The notes under the pieces: model-generated
The model's database searches: none
Seen by the model: only the letters and a program-made list of their open reading frames with translations
Told to the model about the DNA's origin: nothing
Translations under genes and position numbers: made by a program
DNA from: Eledone cirrhosa
Taxonomy: Eukaryota
Length of the DNA stretch: 64,000 nt
Direction of reading: 5' to 3'
Assembly: GCA_964016885.1 (NCBI GenBank)
Contig: OZ024744.1
Location: 126,232,001-126,296,000, forward strand
In this document: positions 57,401 to 64,000 of the stretch, piece by piece
Layout of the letters: every line of letters starts with the position of its first letter
Position numbering within the stretch: the first letter of the stretch is position 1

Positions 57401-60400
57401 CGGGCTTTACTATGATTGTTGCAAAACAGAAACTTAAAGGGATTGACAGAATTTGCGATTCCGGAGAGGGGGCGATCCGTCTGCTTGATTTCGATAACGA
57501 ACGAGACATTCGTATCCGAAAGAACGTTTGTCTGGAAACTGGTGAGTCAGTGAGTCGAAAAAAAAAATATCTCGGTGGTAGTAGCAAATATTCGAACGAG
57601 ACATTCGTATGCGAAAGAACGTTTGTCGGTGGTAGTAGCAAATATTCGAACGAGACATTCGTATGCGAAAGAACGTTTGTCGGTGGTAGGAGCAAATATT
57701 CGAACGAGACATTCGTATGCGAAAGAACGTTTGTCTGGAAGTGGCGATCCATGCCCGGTGGATAGTTGGTTCCGGGTTTTACTATGATTGTTGCAAAACA
57801 GAAACTTAAAGGGATTGACAGAATTTGCGATTCCAGAGAGAGGGCGATCCGTCTGCTTGATTCCGATAACGAACGAGACATTCGTATCCGAAAGAACGTT
57901 TGTCTGGAAACTGGTGAGTCAGTGAGTCGAAAAAAAAATATCTCGGTGGTAGTAGCAAATATTCGAACGAGACATTCGTATGCGAAAGAACGTTTGTCGG
58001 TGGTAGTAGCAAATATTCGAACGAGACATTCGTATGCGAAAGAACGTTTGTCTGGAAGTGGCGATCCATGCCCGGTGGATAGTTGGTTCCGGGTTTTACT
58101 ATGATTGTTGCAAAACAGAAACTTAAAGGGATTGACAGAATTTGCGATTCCGGAGAGAGGGCGATCCGTCTGCTTGATTCCGATAACGAACGAGACATTC
58201 GTATCCGAAAGAACGTTTGTCTGGAAACTGGTGAGTCAGTGAGTCGAAAAAAAAATATCTCGGTGGTAGTAGCAAATATTCGAACGAGACATTCGTATGC
58301 GAAAGAAAAATATCTCGGTGGTAGTAGCAAATATTCGAACGAGACATTCGTATTCGAAAGAACGTTTGTCGGTGGTAGTAGCAAATATTCGAACGAGACA
58401 TTCGTATGCGAAAGAACGTTTGTCTGGAAGTGGCGATCCATGCCCGGTGGATAGTTGGTTCCGGGTTTTACTATGATTGTTGCAAAACAGAAACTTAAAG
58501 GGATTGACAGAATTTGCGATTCCGGAGAGAGGGCGATCCGTCTGCTTGATTCCGATAACGAACGAGACATTCGTATCCGAAAGAACGTTTGTCTGGAAAC
58601 TGGTGAGTCAGTGAGTCGAAAAAAAAATATCTCGGTGGTAGTAGCAAATATTCGTATGCGAAAGAAAAGATCTCGGTGGTAGTAGCAAATATTCGAACGA
58701 GACATTCGTAGGCGAAAGAAAAATATCTCGGTGGTAGTAGCAAATATTCGAACGAGACATTCGTATGCGAAAGAACGTTTGTCGGTGGTAGTAGCAAATA
58801 TTCGAACGAGACATTCGTATGCGAAAGAACGTTTGTCGGTGGTAGTAGCAAATATTCGAACGAGACATTCGTATGCGAAAGAACGTTTGTCTGGAAGTGG
58901 CGATCCATGCCCGGTGGATAGTTGGTTCCGGGTTTTACTATGATTGTTGCAAAACAAAAACTTAAAGGGATTGACAGAATTTGCGATTCCGGAGAGAGGG
59001 CGATCCGTCTGCTTGATTCCGATAACGAACGAGACATTCGTATCCGAAAGAACGTTTGTCTGGAAACTGGTGAGTCAGTGAGTCGAAAAAAAAATATCTC
59101 GGTGGTAGTAGCAAATATTCGAACGAGACATTCGTATGCGAAAGAACGTTTGTCTGGAAGTGGCGATCCATGCCCGGTGGATAGTTGGTTCCGGGTTTTA
59201 CTATGATTGTTGCAAAACAGAAACTTAAAGAGATTGACAGAATTTGCGATTACGGAGAGGGGGCGATCCGTCTGCTTGATTCCGATAACGAACGAGACAT
59301 TCGTATCCGAAAGAACGTTTGTCTGGAAACTGGTGAGTCAGTGAGTCGAAAAAAAAATATCTCGGTGGTAGTGGCAAATATTCGAACGAGACATTCGTAT
59401 GCGAAAGAACGTTTGTCGGTGGTAGTAGCAAATATTCGAACGAGACATTCGTATGCGAAAGAACGTTTGTCTGGAAGTGGCGATCCATGCCCGGTGGATA
59501 GTTGGTTCCGGGTTTTACTATGATTGTTGCAAAACAGAAACTTAAAGGGATTGACAGAATTTGCGATTACGGAGAGGGGGCGATCCGTCTGCTTGATTCC
59601 GATAACGAACGAGACATTCGTATCCGAAAGAACGTTTGTCTGGAAACTGGTGAGTCAGTGAGTCGAAAAAAAAATATCTCGGTGGTAGTAGCAAATATTC
59701 GAACGAGACATTCGTATGCGAAAGAACGTTTGTCTGGAAGTGGCGATCCATGCTCGGTGGATAGTTGGTTCCGGGTTTTACTATGATTGTTGCAAAACAG
59801 AAACTTAAAGGGATTGACAGAATTTGCGATTCCGGAGAGGGGGCGATCCGTCTGCTTGATTCCGATAACGAACGAGACATTCGTATCCGAAAGAACGTTT
59901 GTCTGGAAACTGGTGAGTCAGTGAGTCGAAAAAAAAATATCTCGGTGGTAGTAGCAAATATTCGTATGCGAAAGAAAAGATCTCGGTGGTAGTAGCAAAT
60001 ATTCGAACGAGACATTCGTAGGCGAAAGAAAAATATCTCGGTGGTAGTAGCAAATATTCGAACGAGACATTCGTATTCGAAAGAACGTTTGTCTGGAAGT
60101 TGCGATCCATGCCCGGTGGATAGTTGGTTCCGGGCTTTACTATGATTGTTGCAAAACAGAAACTTAAAGGGATTGACAGAATTTGCGATTCCGGAGAGGG
60201 GGCGATCCGTCTGCTTGATTTCGATAACGAACGAGACATTCGTATCCGAAAGAACGTTTGTCTGGAAACTGGTGAGTCAGTGAGTCGAAGAAAAAAATAT
60301 CTCGGTGGTAGTAGCAAATATTCGAACGAGACATTCGTATGCGAAAGAACGTTTGTCGGTGGTAGTAGCAAATATTCGAACGAGACATTCGTATGCGAAA

Positions 60401-63400
60401 GAACGTTTGTCGGTGGTAGTAGCAAATATTCGAACGAGACATTCGTATGCGAAAGAACGTTTGTCTGGAAGTGGCGATCCATGCCCGGTGGATAGTTGGT
60501 TCCGGGTTTTACTATGATTGTTGCAAAACAGAAACTTAAAGGGATTGACAGAATTTGCGATTCCAGAGAGAGGGCGATCCGTCTGCTTGATTCCGATAAC
60601 GAACGAGACATTCGTATCCGAAAGAACGTTTGTCTGGAAACTGGTGAGTCAGTGAGTCGAAAAAAAAATATCTCGGTGGTAGTAGCAAATATTCGAACGA
60701 GACATTCGTATGCGAAAGAACGTTTGTCTGGAAGTGGCGATCCATGCTCGGTGGATAGTTGGTTCCGGGTTTTACTATGATTGTTGCAAAACAGAAACTT
60801 AAAGGGATTGACAGAATTTGCGATTCCGGAGAGGGGGCGATCCGTCTGCTTGATTCCGATAACGAACGAGACATTCGTATCCGAAAGAACGTTTGTCTGG
60901 AAACTGGTGAGTCAGTGAGTCGAAAAAAAAATATCTCGGTGGTAGTAGCAAATATTCGTATGCGAAAGAAAAGATCTCGGTGGTAGTAGCAAATATTCGA
61001 ACGAGACATTCGTAGGCGAAAGAAAAATATCTCGGTGGTAGTAGCAAATATTCGAACGAGACATTCGTATTCGAAAGAACGTTTGTCTGGAAGTTGCGAT
61101 CCATGCCCGGTGGATAGTTGGTTCCGGGCTTTACTATGATTGTTGCAAAACAGAAACTTAAAGGGATTGACAGAATTTGCGATTCCGGAGAGGGGGCGAT
61201 CCGTCTGCTTGATTTCGATAACGAACGAGACATTCGTATCCGAAAGAACGTTTGTCTGGAAACTGGTGAGTCAGTGAGTCGAAAAAAAAAATATCTCGGT
61301 GGTAGTAGCAAATATTCGAACGAGACATTCGTATGCGAAAGAACGTTTGTCGGTGGTAGTAGCAAATATTCGAACGAGACATTCGTATGCGAAAGAACGT
61401 TTGTCGGTGGTAGGAGCAAATATTCGAACGAGACATTCGTATGCGAAAGAACGTTTGTCTGGAAGTGGCGATCCATGCCCGGTGGATAGTTGGTTCCGGG
61501 TTTTACTATGATTGTTGCAAAACAGAAACTTAAAGGGATTGACAGAATTTGCGATTCCAGAGAGAGGGCGATCCGTCTGCTTGATTCCGATAACGAACGA
61601 GACATTCGTATCCGAAAGAACGTTTGTCTGGAAACTGGTGAGTCAGTGAGTCGAAAAAAAAATATCTCGGTGGTAGTAGCAAATATTCGAACGAGACATT
61701 CGTATGCGAAAGAACGTTTGTCGGTGGTAGTAGCAAATATTCGAACGAGACATTCGTATGCGAAAGAACGTTTGTCTGGAAGTGGCGATCCATGCCCGGT
61801 GGATAGTTGGTTCCGGGTTTTACTATGATTGTTGCAAAACAGAAACTTAAAGGGATTGACAGAATTTGCGATTCCGGAGAGAGGGCGATCCGTCTGCTTG
61901 ATTCCGATAACGAACGAGACATTCGTATCCGAAAGAACGTTTGTCTGGAAACTGGTGAGTCAGTGAGTCGAAAAAAAAATATCTCGGTGGTAGTAGCAAA
62001 TATTCGAACGAGACATTCGTATGCGAAAGAAAAATATCTCGGTGGTAGTAGCAAATATTCGAACGAGACATTCGTATTCGAAAGAACGTTTGTCGGTGGT
62101 AGTAGCAAATATTCGAACGAGACATTCGTATGCGAAAGAACGTTTGTCTGGAAGTGGCGATCCATGCCCGGTGGATAGTTGGTTCCGGGTTTTACTATGA
62201 TTGTTGCAAAACAGAAACTTAAAGGGATTGACAGAATTTGCGATTCCGGAGAGAGGGCGATCCGTCTGCTTGATTCCGATAACGAACGAGACATTCGTAT
62301 CCGAAAGAACGTTTGTCTGGAAACTGGTGAGTCAGTGAGTCGAAAAAAAAATATCTCGGTGGTAGTAGCAAATATTCGTATGCGAAAGAAAAGATCTCGG
62401 TGGTAGTAGCAAATATTCGAACGAGACATTCGTAGGCGAAAGAAAAATATCTCGGTGGTAGTAGCAAATATTCGAACGAGACATTCGTATGCGAAAGAAC
62501 GTTTGTCGGTGGTAGTAGCAAATATTCGAACGAGACATTCGTATGCGAAAGAACGTTTGTCGGTGGTAGTAGCAAATATTCGAACGAGACATTCGTATGC
62601 GAAAGAACGTTTGTCTGGAAGTGGCGATCCATGCCCGGTGGATAGTTGGTTCCGGGTTTTACTATGATTGTTGCAAAACAAAAACTTAAAGGGATTGACA
62701 GAATTTGCGATTCCGGAGAGAGGGCGATCCGTCTGCTTGATTCCGATAACGAACGAGACATTCGTATCCGAAAGAACGTTTGTCTGGAAACTGGTGAGTC
62801 AGTGAGTCGAAAAAAAAATATCTCGGTGGTAGTAGCAAATATTCGAACGAGACATTCGTATGCGAAAGAACGTTTGTCTGGAAGTGGCGATCCATGCCCG
62901 GTGGATAGTTGGTTCCGGGTTTTACTATGATTGTTGCAAAACAGAAACTTAAAGAGATTGACAGAATTTGCGATTACGGAGAGGGGGCGATCCGTCTGCT
63001 TGATTCCGATAACGAACGAGACATTCGTATCCGAAAGAACGTTTGTCTGGAAACTGGTGAGTCAGTGAGTCGAAAAAAAAATATCTCGGTGGTAGTGGCA
63101 AATATTCGAACGAGACATTCGTATGCGAAAGAACGTTTGTCGGTGGTAGTAGCAAATATTCGAACGAGACATTCGTATGCGAAAGAACGTTTGTCTGGAA
63201 GTGGCGATCCATGCCCGGTGGATAGTTGGTTCCGGGTTTTACTATGATTGTTGCAAAACAGAAACTTAAAGGGATTGACAGAATTTGCGATTACGGAGAG
63301 GGGGCGATCCGTCTGCTTGATTCCGATAACGAACGAGACATTCGTATCCGAAAGAACGTTTGTCTGGAAACTGGTGAGTCAGTGAGTCGAAAAAAAAATA

Positions 63401-64000
63401 TCTCGGTGGTAGTAGCAAATATTCGAACGAGACATTCGTATGCGAAAGAACGTTTGTCGGTGGTAGTAGCAAATATTCGAACGAGACATTCGTATGCGAA
63501 AGAACGTTTGTCGGTGGTAGTAGCAAATATTCGAACGAGACATTCGTATGCGAAAGAACGTTTGTCTGGAAGTGGCGATCCATGCTCGGTGGATAGTTGG
63601 TTCCGGGTTTTACTATGATTGTTGCAAAACAGAAACTTAAAGGGATTGACAGAATTTGCGATTCCGGAGAGGGGGCGATCCGTCTGCTTGATTCCGATAA
63701 CGAACGAGACATTCGTATCCGAAAGAACGTTTGTCTGGAAACTGGTGAGTCAGTGAGTCGAAAAAAAAATATCTCGGTGGTAGTAGCAAATATTCGTATG
63801 CGAAAGAAAAGATCTCGGTGGTAGTAGCAAATATTCGAACGAGACATTCGTAGGCGAAAGAAAAATATCTCGGTGGTAGTAGCAAATATTCGAACGAGAC
63901 ATTCGTATTCGAAAGAACGTTTGTCTGGAAGTTGCGATCCATGCCCTGTGGATAGTTGGTTCCGGGTTTTACTATGATTGTTGCAAAACAGAAACTTAAA
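51484..64000 (+). repeat. rRNA-mosaic satellite with a 3724-bp higher-order repeat
   Basis: Variant-marked monomers recur at 51737, 55461, 59185 and 62909. The array continues past the window end. Confidence 0.95.

Larger units (their letters stand above)
34030..64000. repeat. Segmental duplication, copy 2 (with LINE insertion and expanded satellite)
   Basis: Near-identical to 12-16460 apart from microsatellite lengths, a few SNPs, the CR1 insertion and array copy numbers. Confidence 0.95.

Noticed and set aside
51484-64000. CRISPR-like appearance of regular short repeats
   Set aside because: There are no unique spacers and no cas genes, and the context is eukaryotic.

Overview
Eukaryotic (animal) repeat-dense DNA with no supportable host protein-coding gene. 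The RTE/CR1/SINE/microsatellite content suggests a coleoid cephalopod such as Octopus (inference). The window is a near-identical segmental duplication: copy 1 is ~12-16460 and copy 2 is ~34030 to the window end. Each copy carries a collapsed rDNA-like cassette: (CCCTAA)n tract, 169-bp hairpin-rich repeats, ETS-like region, 18S 5' end, then a tandem satellite whose monomer is a scrambled mosaic of conserved 18S and 28S rRNA segments joined at microhomologies. In copy 1 a 28S 3'-end remnant follows. In copy 2 the satellite runs >12.5 kb as a 3724-bp, 11-monomer higher-order repeat. Copy 2 also has a young CR1-type LINE whose intact ORF2 has no AUG start and is reachable by a G_GGA_AAC -1 slippery site at the ORF1 stop. 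Between the copies lie a telomere-like G-rich array, a foldback/palindromic 1584-bp satellite, a second piece of it between 1035-bp direct repeats, MITEs and decayed RTE LINEs. Nearly all other ORFs in the track are microsatellite or satellite artefacts. rRNA identifications and positions are from recalled conserved motifs, not from an alignment.
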